Shown: positions 13,357 through 26,070, numbered from the whole stretch's first letter. The stretch is DNA of 63,995 nucleotides, filler included, from Ionaspis alba (GCA_964255285.1; 5 parts of 5 records of this genome joined end to end with filler, not necessarily neighbours in it); one strand, 5' to 3'. The notes: generated by a model from the letters alone, not told the origin. Numbers and translations: made by a program.

Positions 13357-13989
13357 GAGAAGACTGGGGAGGAGGGGAAGGGTGGTGGGGTGTTGTTTGA
13401 TGTCGAGGCTATTAGGAAAGAGGTCGAGAAGGAGTTGGCGAGCGAGCAGATGGAGGTTAGGCAGTTGGAGAGTACGTTGCCGCCCATGAGGTTGGATCTG
13501 GGGGATGGGAAGGGGAGACCGGCGACGGAGAAGATTGCACAGGAGCCGTTTGCGAATTTGAGGGCTACGAAGAGCTTTGATGGGGGAACTTTGCCGGTCG
13601 TTGATCGTGTGGTCGGTGGGAGTGTTTCGACTTCCGATCTCCGGAACGGACGTTCCCACTCTCCTTCCGCTTTTCACGACTCTTTCGAACACCCCCCATC
13701 CTACGGTGACGATGATCCAGATACCGGAGCAGGCTCCATCACTCTTTCCTTCGATACGCCGTTTTCTACCCACTCCCAGCCTCCTGCTTCGGCCATGCTT
13801 GCCTGGCAGGGGCAGACTTTCGACGAGACATCTAATCCTCCAACTCCGCAGAGACCGGAGTTGAAGTCTATAGCTACCATGCCTGTCGTTGGTATAGGAG
13901 GGGGCGCCCATTTGGAACATAATGCGTGGGCAGATGAGGAAGAGGAGGAATGGGGCAAGGAGAGAGAGGTGAAGATGAGTTTTGCTTGA
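13357..13989 (+). CDS. 3' part of a gene; probable C-terminal tail of a DUF726/TMCO4-like (Mil1-like) protein
   Basis: Open frame from the scaffold start to TGA. LFDVEAIR..ELASEQMEVRQLESTLPPMRL and the acidic end resemble fungal DUF726 C-termini (recollection). The domain itself lies outside the scaffold. Confidence 0.5.
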   Translation, partial: EKTGEEGKGGGVLFDVEAIRKEVEKELASEQMEVRQLESTLPPMRLDLGDGKGRPATEKIAQEPFANLRATKSFDGGTLPVVDRVVGGSVSTSDLRNGRSHSPSAFHDSFEHPPSYGDDDPDTGAGSITLSFDTPFSTHSQPPASAMLAWQGQTFDETSNPPTPQRPELKSIATMPVVGIGGGAHLEHNAWADEEEEEWGKEREVKMSFA

Positions 13990-14284
13990 ATGGGAGATTC
14001 TTTGTATTCTGTCGGTTGTGGGGTTGCATGTTTAGCAAGGCGTTTACAATGGTGGTGGCATTTGGTGGCATTTTCCGTGGTGTTTCTAAGAGGTTTGGAG
14101 ATGCGATGTGTAAATAGTGGACTGAGTGAATGTTTTGGCGTAGAGTATGCAGAGGGACTGGGTGTATATGCTGAAACGGGGTGGGTTTGAGTGTTTAAGC
14201 CCGCTACGACCTATGTAACCTTGCGAGTCGAAGGTTTTATACATTTATTCTGCAGCGAGACTCTTTTCTACGGTCTTAAGAAAA

Positions 14285-14642
14285 ATCACAAGATCACTGT
14301 CTAACATACTTTGTCACATCGCCTCAAGGACTGACAATTATGGCGCAGAAACTTTATGGCATTGTTGCGACAGCATACGCTTCAAGTGTCTCGTGGACTT
14401 TCCCTGATAGGGTGGATCACATGATCTTTGTCGAATTTCCACTTTCTCTGTCGCCAGGACCGGATGTACGCCGGGGGAACGCTGGGAATGCGTTAGGTAA
14501 ACTTACGACTTTAGTCGACTAGTTGTAGAGCGGTTTTTAGTGGTATATTAGCCGACTCGATATCTCCCTATAGAGCGATCACATGATCTTTGTTGGGATC
14601 TCATTCCTCTAACGCCAGGACATGCGATACGCCGGGAGAACG
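14285..14642. repeat. Degenerate direct repeats (two clear ~65-bp copies plus one decayed copy) with core GATCACATGATCTTTGT
   Basis: Copies start at 14415 and 14577, both ...atcacatgatctttgt...cgccaggac...tacgccggg..aacg. A weaker copy starts at 14285 (atcacaagatcactgtc...cgcctcaaggac). Confidence 0.75.
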
Positions 14643-15242
14643 TAAGGCGTACGATGGTCCGGCACCGAGCCCTCAAAACGATGATATGAATTAATCATGA
14701 TTGAAGTCTACTCGGCAAACAGGAAGGCCTCCATCACGTCAAATATTTGTGGGTGTCTGCCAAGACTTAGGGCTCGATGTCAAGTGACGTACTTGCTGGC
14801 CATCATTTATTACCTGAAAGGTCGACCAATCAGTTAAATATCTGTTGAAGACAAGTCACACAATGTCCATTCAATGACTGCTTTGTTATCTAAACCAATG
14901 CGTCAATGGCACTTCCATGATAATCACGACAATGGACATATATATTACTAAGGCCGTGTCTGCAACTGTGATACCTCGTGGTAGGATTGCGGCTGCACGT
15001 TACGGAATGTCAGGTCTATAAGTGGTACCAATATCTACAAACAACAACCATGAAATCTTCCAACAGTCTCCAATGGTGTAAACACAAGTCTTACCCAATA
15101 TCGTTATCGAATACCGATATGCCTTACTATCAATTCTGGTAAAATGTGATGCAATATATCAGAGCCAAAAGATCTCTCGATTAGATCGAAGCAGTAATCC
15201 CACCACCCTACCTCCTCATCTGTCCCACTTCACAACCCAGCC

Positions 15243-16971
15243 TCAATCCTCCCCATATCCAATTCCAACATCCTTCTCATCACCGCCTCTTTCCACAAAC
15301 TCATCCTCCTCCTCGCAAAGCAGCCCGCCTATGTCCGCACTCTCCTTCATGATTACTCTCGCCCCATCCTGATCAGTCCCCATATCATCCATCACCAGCC
15401 TCGTCGCCAATTCCGGAACCAAAACACCCTGCACAAAACCCGGTATACCTCCACCAGCAGCGACGAGCTTATCGCTAGTAGCAAGGTCGCGAAGGGCGGG
15501 AGAGAAGTGGGTGATGATATGATCCATCCTGTAGTCACAGTCAGACCAGACCAACCCAAAATGCAGTCAAGACGGAGAGAAGGAACCAGAAACAAGGACG
15601 AAGGAAAGACAAGGAAAACGAACATAGCCCTCGCCCCCCTACTCCCATAATATCCCACATCCCCCGCCCCATCCTCGCCTCGAACAAAACTCTGCTTGAC
15701 AGTCCTTTCTCTCCCCTCCTTACGCACCCTCTCCCTCATCCTCTCCCGATACCAGCTCTCTCCCCTTCCTTCCATGACCTCCTTTAAGAAGTCCCCGTAC
15801 CCTTCCAATCTCTCGCCAAACCTTTCCCATTCAATTACCGGATACCCTTTCTCCTGCCACGTCTCCTNNNNNNNNNNNNNNNNNNNNNNNNNNNNNNNNN
15901 NNNNNNNNNNNNNNNNNNNNNNNNNNNNNNNNNNNNNNNNNNNNNNNNNNNNNNNNNNNNNNNNNNNGAGGGGAGGGAGGAAGGGACAAGGGCCGGTGGG
16001 TCTTTGAAGGAGGGCGTGGGTATGGTTGTCATTTGGGAGAGCTGAGGTGGCACTTTGAAGGCTTTGGGTGGTTCGGATGGAGGAAGGCATTGCGGCGGGG
16101 CGATGAAGCCGGGGAGTTTCTCGGTTGGTTTGGAATTGCTTGGCCGTGGCGAAACGTTGGGAGGCATTCGAAATTGATTCTCGGATGTTTCGTCTGCCTC
16201 ATGGTGTCTGGAGGAGCGGCGAGTGCCTTTCCTGGCAGCGGGCAGCGGATTGCAGATCTGGCTTGGTTTCTTGAATTTGGGTATTGGTTCCGCTATATCT
16301 AAGTCAGCAATGGATGCATAGGACCTTCTCTCGATGGCGTCACCTTTCTCTGGAATTGCTTTGATATCGTATGTTTTGAAACCATTCTGTGCTTTCCTCA
16401 AAACCGCAACCGGCTCTTGCTTCCCCTGTTTCTTCTGCTTCTTCGGAGGCGACGGGATAGCAGCATGGATGTTTCGAGGTTTCCCATACTCGATTTTCAG
16501 TTTAGGCTTGGTGTAGCTGAGCCCAAAGATGGGAGCGTCATCATCGTCCTGGTCCATATCTTCTTGCGACCGCTTCCGTCCCAAGGTATGTATACTAGGG
16601 GCAGATGACCTGCGGTCCGAAGTGAAACTTGAAGCCCCGTTTGCCGTAGTCTTTTGCCCTTTGTCTCCAAGTCTAGCAGCTCCGATTGAAGCTACCCGAA
16701 AGCCAGGACGACTCGTTCTCTTCTCCACTGGCGGCGAAGAATTCCTCGAGCCCCCAGACGAGCCTCCCGGTCTCTTAGATCCGGAGGACTCTTCATCGCT
16801 AGATCCGATGGGAGGAGCATCCCAAACTGGCTCTTTCGGTGTCGACTTCTTCTGTGCATGGGCAGGAGGTTTCTTGTCTGACCTTGGGAGCGACGTCAAC
16901 AGGTGCCCATAAGGAAGCGACTGCCGTGTCTGACCAAGCCGTCTGGTTGGAGGTTTTAGGTTGAGAGCCAT
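15243..16971 (-). CDS. RTC4: RTC4-domain protein (restriction of telomere capping 4-like); internal assembly gap
   Basis: C-terminal GYYGSRG...GFVQGVLVPELATRLVMDDM...ARVIMKESADIG is the RTC4 motif. Intron 15529-15623 (GTTCGT...ACAG) joins the frames. Long disordered N-terminus from ATG 16971. Confidence 0.82.
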
Positions 16972-19038
16972 AGAGGGCAGAGACGAACAGTCGATCCGTG
17001 TTTGAGCAATGGTTAGTTAAATTTAGCACGTTTTACGATGAGCCTTCGACGCGCTCTTGGGTTGTCGGGGAAGACGTGTTCCGCGCGAGCCGAGAGCTTC
17101 CGCGAGAATATATGGAGCGGATAAATTCAGTGATTCGTGTACCTTGAAATCATATGCCCAAACTAGAAGACAATCTGTTACATACATGCTGGCCTTTGTC
17201 AAGGATTCATATCGAAGCTAAGATTAACCAAGGCTAGGCATGTGCAACGACGGTTCTTAAATTCATTCATCCCGTAAGGTGGAGACCTCTAGCTAGACTC
17301 GATCCCTGACTCGAAGAAGGCACCAAGAGAACCAGCAACGTTCTAAGACTCTTGCACCATTTCCAAAGCATGTCATCAGCATCCAGAAGAGCTTTGGCAA
17401 GCCATGCCTGCCTCCACAAACAAGAAGTTAAAGCTCATTTTGCACATCTTCCCGCCCATTTTTGGCCCGTGGTATATTGGCCTAGCCTTCCCAGAGGTAT
17501 GCCTCCTATTCAGACGACCCCAACGTATAAACACCACTTCATCTCACCATCAAGTCCTCAATCCCACAACCAAGCAGCCCATACCGGTCTCCTGCCGTGT
17601 CGCCTCTGCAAGGCCTGTAACCACTGAACCTTTTATCCTGACAAGGCAGTCCACCTCTCCCGCCAAGTTATGTGGACTGATAGGAGATCTCGCACAGAGT
17701 TTCTTTTGCCCATGATCATGCTATCCCAAAGCGTAGCTGGAGTGCTCGAATGCTAGAACTCGACCTCGGGACGGTCACTTTTGCTCGAATAGGAGAAGAG
17801 TGTCCTACACCCCCATACAGAACCTCGTAGACGCGGATAGAGGCCTCAGCGGTAGACATTCCACAGTGGCCATGTTTGTGAGACCAAGATCACAAAAGCA
17901 GATTTGAGTTAATAGCGGTGGAAAGGTTGTGCTCGGCTAGGGAGAGTGGTGACCGTAGGAAGAATGAGATAGCAAGATATCTCTCTATTGAGCAGGGTCG
18001 CTCGCGGCTTGTGGCGGTTTCCTGTTGCATTGCAGATTTATGAATAGGGTGGAGAAGTGGTCTGGAGCTGGGGATAATCGAAGCAGTCTGGCTTGGTGAA
18101 GAAGAGACGGGGAGCCGTGGAGCTGCTGGAACTTTCGAGCGTTGAAAGGCGACAAGCCAGAGGACTTGTAGGAATAGAGCGATGAAGCGCCACAAAACTA
18201 ATGAACGAAACCGCTACACCCTAGGTTCTAAATCGTAGTCAGCAAAGCCTTCTACCTGTTCTTGCATCTCCATCGTCCAGGCAAATAGCCCAAAAATGTT
18301 CTCCTTTAGAAACAACGGGCTTCTAAGCGTGTATCCAAGTCCACAGTGACCAACTGTCTGATGCTCACTCCTCTTTCCAAGTCAACGACCTGCCAGTCCT
18401 CTCCAAGTTAACAAAAAACTCAAAGGAGATCACCTCGCCCCCACAATCGAGCCCAAAAGCAATCACTCAAAATAAATCTTGTATTCAATTTAAAAGGTTC
18501 CCATCCCTTACAATGAGTATCCCTCGCAGCCCGTGGTATATCGCCAATTCCTCCCAATACATAGACACTAGTAGTAGTAGTCAAGAAGGCAAGCAGATAA
18601 GCCTGACCATCCGATTGCCTCGACCGGCTACCACCCCAAACAAGAAGTCTAAAGCACTCCGTCAAGTCTGCCACATTGTCAGATGATACCTCTTCGTCAG
18701 CTTCCAAGACTCCCCACGTCCGTGATCTCTCTCCCCCTTCTCCGCATTACCTGCAAGACGCTGTTTGTGCTTCGACTAGACGAATGATTCGATGATGAGT
18801 TGTGTGATTCGGGAGACGAAGATCGTGATGTTACATATGAAACACAGGGCAGCGCGCCATTAGAGTCCGATGGGGTATCTCAAGAAAGAGCTATTCATAC
18901 ACGGATGGGAGGGCAATTCAGGCAAAATCCGCCGATGGTTATGTACAAGTAAAGAGCAAACACTTTGCACTGAAGGATAGTCCAACCAGAAGAGTCGCTT
19001 CTCGCGCCTTCGAAGAGTGAGTGGAAGGAGTGCGCTCC

Positions 19039-20310
19039 TTAGTAATGCTCGGCGCCTGTGCCGTTGTGGCTGCTTCCGGGTGGGTAGACGTTGCCGTAGG
19101 GATTCGAGACCTGTTCCGTGGTGTCGAGTTGCGCTGCCAGTAAGCTGTTGGAGGTGTCTTCCTGGCCTTGGTATCCTGTTGATGGACCGGTAGCGTTCGA
19201 GACGCCTCCGGGGACGACGCCACCGATGCCTGTTGATGGCACGCCTCCGACTTGCGCACCGCTTGGTGGTTGACCGCCTGGCTGACCGTAGCTACTTGAT
19301 GGTCGATTTGGATTCTGGTTCTCTCCTCTCGCTGATTGCGTCTTGAGTATGGTCAGTAGCGTCTTACGGTTTGTCTCGACACTGGGGCGGAAGCTAAGGG
19401 AGAACAAAAGCAACCTGGGACGATACGGAAGAGATCGGAAAGACTTACTTCTCGATATTTTGCCAAATAGATCTTCAGTGCCTCTGCGTAATTCTCAAAA
19501 CCCAAGGAGGTCATGGCGAAGAGTATATCTTCTCCATTGACGGTCTTTCTTTTCTCTTGCTGACATTTCTCGGAGGCTAGAGAGAAAAGGGGAAAGAAAA
19601 TGAATTAGCAAATCCACGAATTCTGATTGGGGAAATTGGAAGCAATTTTTTCGGGCAGGGGAGTAAGCTTACCTTCACTGGTGATGAAGGAGATGAACTC
19701 GCTCACGCACTCCTGCATGCATTCCTTTGCCTCTTTGGCAATTTTGGCATTCTCGGGCAGAGCGGTCTTCATGATACGGGCGACTGGTGCAAAGTTACGA
19801 ATATTAGCATCGGAGTAAGCATGAGATTCGCTGTCCCTAGAGTGACGCTCAGGTGAAATGGACTGCGGGGAATTTCGGGACATAGTTGCGAGCTCCCACT
19901 GGCGGAGAAGGGAAGAACCATTGAAAGGAGAGAAAACAGACGGATGCTGGTGCAGATCTTCAAATCTCATGGCCGGAGAAAGCCAGTAGCCAAGCGCATT
20001 TGGGGGGAAAGTGTCACCTGGGATGAGATCCCAGAAGCGACACCATACAGAGCACGATCTCCTGATGCAGCAGGGACTTTGGGGGCACGCGGATTTTTGA
20101 TAGGAATGAGTGGATGCACGAGGGGGGAAGGCCAAGGAGGAGGAACCAACCATTTGCTATCGGCAACCATCTATCCTGCTCCTTAACGTCGAACTCGTAG
20201 GCAAGATCTCGCTGTGCAGCCTCTGGGTCGCCTCTATCCATATGCTCCGAGTTGTCAGGAGACGGGTCTCCTTGTTCCACTTCCGTTTCCTTTGGTGGGG
20301 AAGGCGACAT
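19039..20310 (-). CDS. HAP3: CCAAT-binding complex subunit HAP3/HapC (NF-YB histone fold)
   Basis: Exons 20310-20151, 19783-19673, 19576-19449, 19341-19039 give [90 protein letters not shown]. Confidence 0.97.
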
Positions 20311-22968
20311 GATGTATTATGGCTGCTTGCAGCAAAGACTCGGAATGGGGGAGGGGGTGGTGCCAAAATCGCCGGGGGAGGGTAAAATCCTTCCCTCTGA
20401 TAATTCTCGTTGGCTCGTCCTCGAATGCTATACGATTGGACACGTCACGAATGGCTCGGGTCTTACTTTGGACTGCAATGCTGCGTCGATTGTGCGTCAC
20501 ACCACACACCCACAGGGGGAAAGACAGCACCACACGACGAGCACAAGGAAGGACTTTGGCCCCCCTGCGAGCAGCCCAGGATGTGGGGATTTTGCTTGGG
20601 CAGAAAAAAAGCCGTTACAAGCGGGCTACTGATGCGGCCACCGAACAACTAAGCATCTGGCAGAAACGCACGACGAGTATTGAGTTGCGTATGGGTCAGG
20701 ATCAGAAACACGCGAGTCTGACACCACGACTAGCCCCCAAACCTGGTACTCCAAACTCAATTGAGCCTGCTCCGAGGTACGCGCTGACTGGGTATGAGGT
20801 AATCGAGCGGATACAAGCTGCGGCGACGCTACGCCCTCGTTTCCCCTTGGATATAGATCGAGATGAGGGGGTCAGGATGGGGTGTGGGTGGTACAGAATT
20901 GACAGCAAAGCGGCTTAGACCGAATGAGTGGCCTCAGGTGGACGTGGAATCTACTCCGTATAGGCGATTAGTAGGCAACGACCAGGTAGGCATGCGCATG
21001 TGTTCTGCAGCAAGACTGACCGTATTTTGGTAGCGCAAGAGCGAGAGGAGGTCGAGTCGCGCGAGCAAGGCAAGCAGTCTCGAACTCTGCTTTTAGGCGC
21101 AAATGTTTCGAAACACGAAATCCACCTTTAACCACTGTCGAGTCCAAGAAGGGAATGTGGTAGGTCGAGCTGGGGAGACTGGGATGTGTAGTGTTTTTTG
21201 GCTTTCTCCTCGAGGATGCGCGGGCCACGTCAATTGCGCATCTGCGCAAGGTCAATTGGGCAATGCGTCTACGTTGGATGTTGGCTTCGAAGAATGCCTA
21301 AGATAGCGTTAAGCGCGTGTGTGAGTGCCGTGGGGGGCAATTGTAGCTTTTCTGGTTGAGTATGGGCGTGGGAAGTGGAGGAAAATGGTCCAGTTGTTGT
21401 GGTTATTGTTGAAGCTCGCCGTCGGAGCGGGAAGCACACTGGTCGAGTCAGGACCGGCCCCTCGGGCAGCCAAAGAAAGTTTCGACCTAAACCTGACGCG
21501 TTCAAGGTGTGTGCATGCAGTAAGACGGCTTCTCACCGGCCATCCACCGGAAAGCAGATAGGTAATGATGCTGGCTTTGATTCAGGTATTGTTGCGGAAC
21601 GATCTTGGTTGAGCGACGATGCTTTCGCCTCGTCAGTCTTTGTCGCTGTTGCAAGAAGAGACATGTATGCGCATAGTTTGTTTCTGTGCTTCTCGTGCAT
21701 GGTTCGTCGCATCTTGTGGTTGCCATGTGCCGAGTACATCCCTCCCTCGACCACTGAAACCTCAGCCTCACGATCTTGTCATCCCCTGTCAGTTGTCAAT
21801 CAATGAGGCAAAGCATGTTGAGAACTTGCGACAGGAACGCCGATGCAGCAGCGCCAATGCCCTACGCAATATGCAACCTATCCGTCGTACTTGGTGGATG
21901 CAGCGGGAGGTGGGGGGGTCGGAGGTTTATTGCACCATTTACGGCACGTCTAAGGGAGCATGGCCGAGCACGGGGATTGGTCTACTCCAGTTGAGCCTTA
22001 GCAGGTTGGTTCACTCAATGGATATCTCGGTAATGGCGCTCTTCTCCTCGTGACAGACGCAGTGTTTCGTTGCACGGAGATCAGTGCGCGCAGAGTTATG
22101 TGCATGAAGTCGTCCGATGGCACAGCGCTGACGAAAGGACCTGCCATGAGGGTGTGGTGTAGGGGAGAGGAAACACCATTGAGTTTTGGGCACCAGCACC
22201 CAACGGACTCGTAGATAAGCAATCTCTATACCCGCGCACACATGTGGAACTAGATGCGATTACACATAAGATGTTGTGTTACTTGGATGGACCTTTATCA
22301 GTCCATGTCATTGTTTCATTTATCTCGAACCCAAACGAATATTGCTCGCCTCGAGGCCCTTCGAGACTTGACGTTGAAAGGACCACTCAGAGGCATTCCA
22401 TCTCCGGTGGTACCTTACCTGGGCCGCCTTGAGACACATCCTATGAGTGACCTCGCCGTAACCCTGGGCAAAAGACCCCCGCATGTTAGGCGTCGATCCT
22501 ATATCTGTAATGGTCTGGCGAAAGCCGTGCCAACTCATGGCAGCCACACTACCCCATTTGCAGCCTCAGCGTGCCCCGCATATTCAGAGCCTTCTCAATG
22601 GTTCCGCTCCTTTTGGTTGCCCATTTAGACTATTTAGTACCATTCCATATGCGACCACAGCGAATCATGCAGCTCAGATGTAACCAGGTATCCATATCTG
22701 GTAGGAGGGAGTTGTTTGATTCGGAATGTCCCTATCCAATTCCACTCGGGCAGACCTGCAGGTTGAACGATTTCCGAGTTTATTCTGACAGATGTCGCTC
22801 GCCTCGTGCATCGATCCGTTTCCGTAGTCCAGAAATTTTTTTGTGTCCTGTCACGATCGGTGCAGAAGTCAGAGCCCTATATCGAGTGGGTCGGGTCGCC
22901 TTGCGCTTCTGAGGCTTTGACACTAAGCACGCTGCATGCTCTTAGATTCTTGATTGGATCCTTCGAGA

Positions 22969-23566
22969 TTATTGTTGAACGACTTGGACATTGTTCTTTT
23001 TCTGTTGTGTCACGAACGAGGATGTCAGTCTGATGCAATCAAGATAGAAGAGAGACTTTAGGATTGAAGGGCGCTTCGAGGTATAGACGTACCTTCCATT
23101 TCTCCATCTCGTCTTGCTGCTTCTTGTACTGCTTCAGCAGTTCCTCCAAAACTTTCTTCAGCCCATCTGAGTTTGTCTTCAGTGCTGGTATGACGTCCTT
23201 CACCGTCCTTTCCACCAGAACACCATTGATCATCCGGAAACATTTTCGATCTGGAGGTACAGGATCTAGCGTTTCCAGGACCAATCTAAGATGCAAGAAG
23301 CGGTAAGCCAGCATTCTGGCGGTGTGCGTTTGAGCACTGCCGGCTTATATCATGGATTGAGCAAGGAATCAAGGGAGTCTGCCGCACTTGTGCTCTTCGG
23401 TCTCCTGCTCCACATCCCCGATCTTCTGGGCTAGCTGCTGTAAGCTGTTTTTGTAATTGGTGTATTGTAGCTGAAGCTCTATGCGTACGGTCAGTGAAAG
23501 CAGTTAAGCCAAGAGCAGAAGAGTCGTACCTTGCTGCTTCTTTGCTGTGATCTGCTGCTGAGCCAT
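22969..23566 (-). CDS. GIM4: Prefoldin subunit 2
   Basis: Exons 23566-23530, 23478-23388, 23285-23093, 23001-22969. Peptide KIGDVEQETEEHKLVLETL...RKCFRMINGVLVERTVKDVIPAL...WKKKNNVQVVQQ. Confidence 0.95.
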
Positions 23567-23776
23567 CACTCGGAAAGGGCGTTTGGGTGGAGAAAGAGGC
23601 AGTGTGGGGCATAAAACAGCGAAATATGAGCCAAACACGATCGATGGCGGGATATAGTTAATCCGAGTTCTGTAGGGCTGGACTCAAAAGCCGTCATGTT
23701 CAACTTGACCTCAAGCACATTCTGTAATTGAATTGTTTGCAAGAACCACATATTAAGATACTACAAACCCCCGAAT

Positions 23777-24076
23777 ATGCATCCGCACTTGCATACGAAA
23801 GACAATAGAGGTGGGTGGCTGATAGCTTGCCCTTAGAGGACCCTTAAATTCCTAACTGTCGATCTAGGTTGTGAAGAAGTGATGCGAGTCCTCGACGAGT
23901 GCCACGCTCAAGGATTTCTTCACAAGGTCATCGGCAGTTGTAATAAAGCAAAGCAAGATGTCAACATGTGTTTAAGAGCTGAAAGGCTGGAAAGAACAGC
24001 ACGGAACAGGGAACGGGCGAGGAAGGAGAGGGAAAAGATCAAAGAGAAATGGAAGGAGATCGAAATGAATTCTTGA
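23777..24076 (+). CDS. CMC2: Twin CX9C mitochondrial COX assembly protein
   Basis: Exons 23777-23810 and 23868-24076. MHPHLH...CEEVMRVLDECH...GSCNKAKQDVNMCLRAER. Divergent from GIM4 across 210 bp. Confidence 0.92.
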
Positions 24077-24719
24077 AAGATGCAGATCAACCCAGAGCCA
24101 CCTCAATACTGAGAGGCTTACACCTTCGAGGACCTCACTTTCTGCTGTCCTGTCATTCTCCGCAGTCCCTACGCACCGCACTCTACACGTTGTATCCCCG
24201 ACCATCTACCGGATCCCATGTACGCTTCAGTCCTTGCATGAGCTCCTCTACGCCGGAAGTTTCTGCGCCTCACACCCAGAATTGTTGTTGCTCGCCGATG
24301 AATACCAACCTTCATGGAAATCGAACTTTATCGGAGCCATCTATCGTACTCTGGAAGCTACTATTGTCGCTTGCTCTAAGATATCAGCTGTCGTCTTGGT
24401 CTTGTGTAGCACTACCCAAAAGATCTACTCGCAGAGATAAGCTTCCAAGATTAAATGCAATTTCCTTTCACTAATGATATATTGCTTTGTTGAAATGGTT
24501 AAAGATGTCTATCTACCTTTAGATTCCATGTGTCGAGCCGAATGGATCCTGCAACGGAATCATCTCTGAGTTTCTCCTTCAGACTGTACAGGGAGAAAGG
24601 GCATTATTTGTGCTTGAATTTTCCTTGGCAATACCGCAGTACTCCACAGCATCTTCTTATCCATCAAGATTGACCAAGCTCAACGACGGTAAACAATCTG
24701 GAATCCACTACCAGTTACT

Positions 24720-25305
24720 GTTATTTTACACGGGGAGGTCTCCAGAACAATTTCCCAGTTATAAGAGGTCTCGCTATCCGCTTCTTCCCATGAACAAGCC
24801 ATGGTACTTCTGCCTCTCCTTTCAGCACACGGCATCTACCCTCTCCTTGTGAATCATTCCCATCCAGTTGAAGTACCCTACCGCGTGGTATCAGCGAAGC
24901 TCTCAAGAGTCTATTCGACGAATCTGCAAGGAAGCAGGATACATCTTCTAACGCTACAATCACCTCATCATTCATAGCGAGGAGATCATCGCTTTTCTCA
25001 GCAACAGACGGCCACAGATCGGGGAGGAAGTCAGACGCCTGACCGTTCTGCGCAAATCTAGTTGTCGGGATCCCATTTCTTGGGATCTAGTCAGAGGCTA
25101 TTTTAATCTCTCACATCTCGTTATCGACCTTGAAGCTAGTGTTGTGGAGGAACGGACCCTGGATCGTGTGTGTTGGAGCTTGGTATCTACTTGCAGCGTT
25201 CTGCAAAAGCCTCTATCAAAAGGCTCGTTGATCTCCAAGAAAAGCCCTGCGATCTCCTTGATTCTCCATCTTGGGTTCGAACAGCAGCGTGGCTAGGTAC
25301 CAGAG
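24720..25305 (+). pseudogene. Degenerate tandem copy of the downstream F-box-like domain
   Basis: RRICKEAGYIF*RYNHLIIHSEEIIAFLSNRRPQIGEEVRRL...WDLVRGYFNLSHLVIDL...AAWLGTR aligns by eye with RQIYQEAWYLPYRYNEFYLGAENILGFLSLLLPRQRQEIRRL...WHILRACKSLSYFKIDV...AAWLSPR. In-frame TAA at 24949-24951 plus frameshifts. Confidence 0.75.
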
Positions 25306-25452
25306 CAGTTTGAGTTCTCACTGATCACGGCCTTCGTGTCCGATATCGAAAAGTGGAGCTTGGATTCGCCGAAGCCTGGCCTTAGTTCACATCAGCCGAG
25401 TGCGTGGAGAGGAAGCGCCACAGATCGGTCTCTTCCGCTATCACCTACAATC

Positions 25453-26070
25453 ATGTTTCTTACCCACCTGCCTCCCGAAATTCGCTACAGAATCTACCGC
25501 CTTCTCTTGATAAGCCCAACACAAATCACGAATAGACGGTGTCCAATAGACTTCAAAATCCTTCTTGTTTGCCGTCAGATCTATCAGGAGGCGTGGTATC
25601 TGCCTTATCGGTACAACGAATTCTACCTCGGCGCGGAAAATATCCTCGGTTTTCTAAGTCTGCTCCTACCAAGACAACGGCAAGAAATTCGGCGGCTACA
25701 TTTGAATAGGTGGCCCATTTTTCGTGCTCACAACATTTGGCATATCCTTCGGGCTTGCAAAAGTCTGTCATACTTCAAGATCGATGTGGACCTTGGTGCA
25801 AGTTTTATGCCCGGGCTGCCAGGCGAGGACTCTGCGTTTAGGCTGAATGGTTTGTCGGAAGTCTCCATCGAAGGCTACATTCGCGATATGTGCCTATGCC
25901 CACCAAGATACGTTCAAGGAGAGATCCGAACAGAGTATGCCGACAGGCTTCGAGCTGCGTGGTTGAGTCCCAGGACGCCTTGTGACGATGATCTTCTGGT
26001 TCCTCGATCTCAAAACCTCTCTGTTGGAGTCTCTCCACAGCAACATCAGGCTGGGGCGAGCACCGCATGA
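25453..26070 (+). CDS. F-box-like (LPxEIRxxIY...LLVCRQIYxEA) fungal hypothetical protein
   Basis: MFLTHLPPEIRYRIYRLLL...ILLVCRQIYQEAW..PYRYNEF is a common ascomycete accessory-family motif. The start codon is uncertain. Confidence 0.72.
   Translation: MFLTHLPPEIRYRIYRLLLISPTQITNRRCPIDFKILLVCRQIYQEAWYLPYRYNEFYLGAENILGFLSLLLPRQRQEIRRLHLNRWPIFRAHNIWHILRACKSLSYFKIDVDLGASFMPGLPGEDSAFRLNGLSEVSIEGYIRDMCLCPPRYVQGEIRTEYADRLRAAWLSPRTPCDDDLLVPRSQNLSVGVSPQQHQAGASTA

Noticed and set aside
14285..14642. CRISPR-like repeat-spacer array
   Set aside because: Eukaryotic context, repeats too degenerate, spacing irregular and no cas genes.
20018..20034. CTGGGAT-GAG-ATCCCAG hairpin inside hapC intron 1
   Set aside because: A 7-bp stem is too short to be significant alone. 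Worth revisiting only if conserved.
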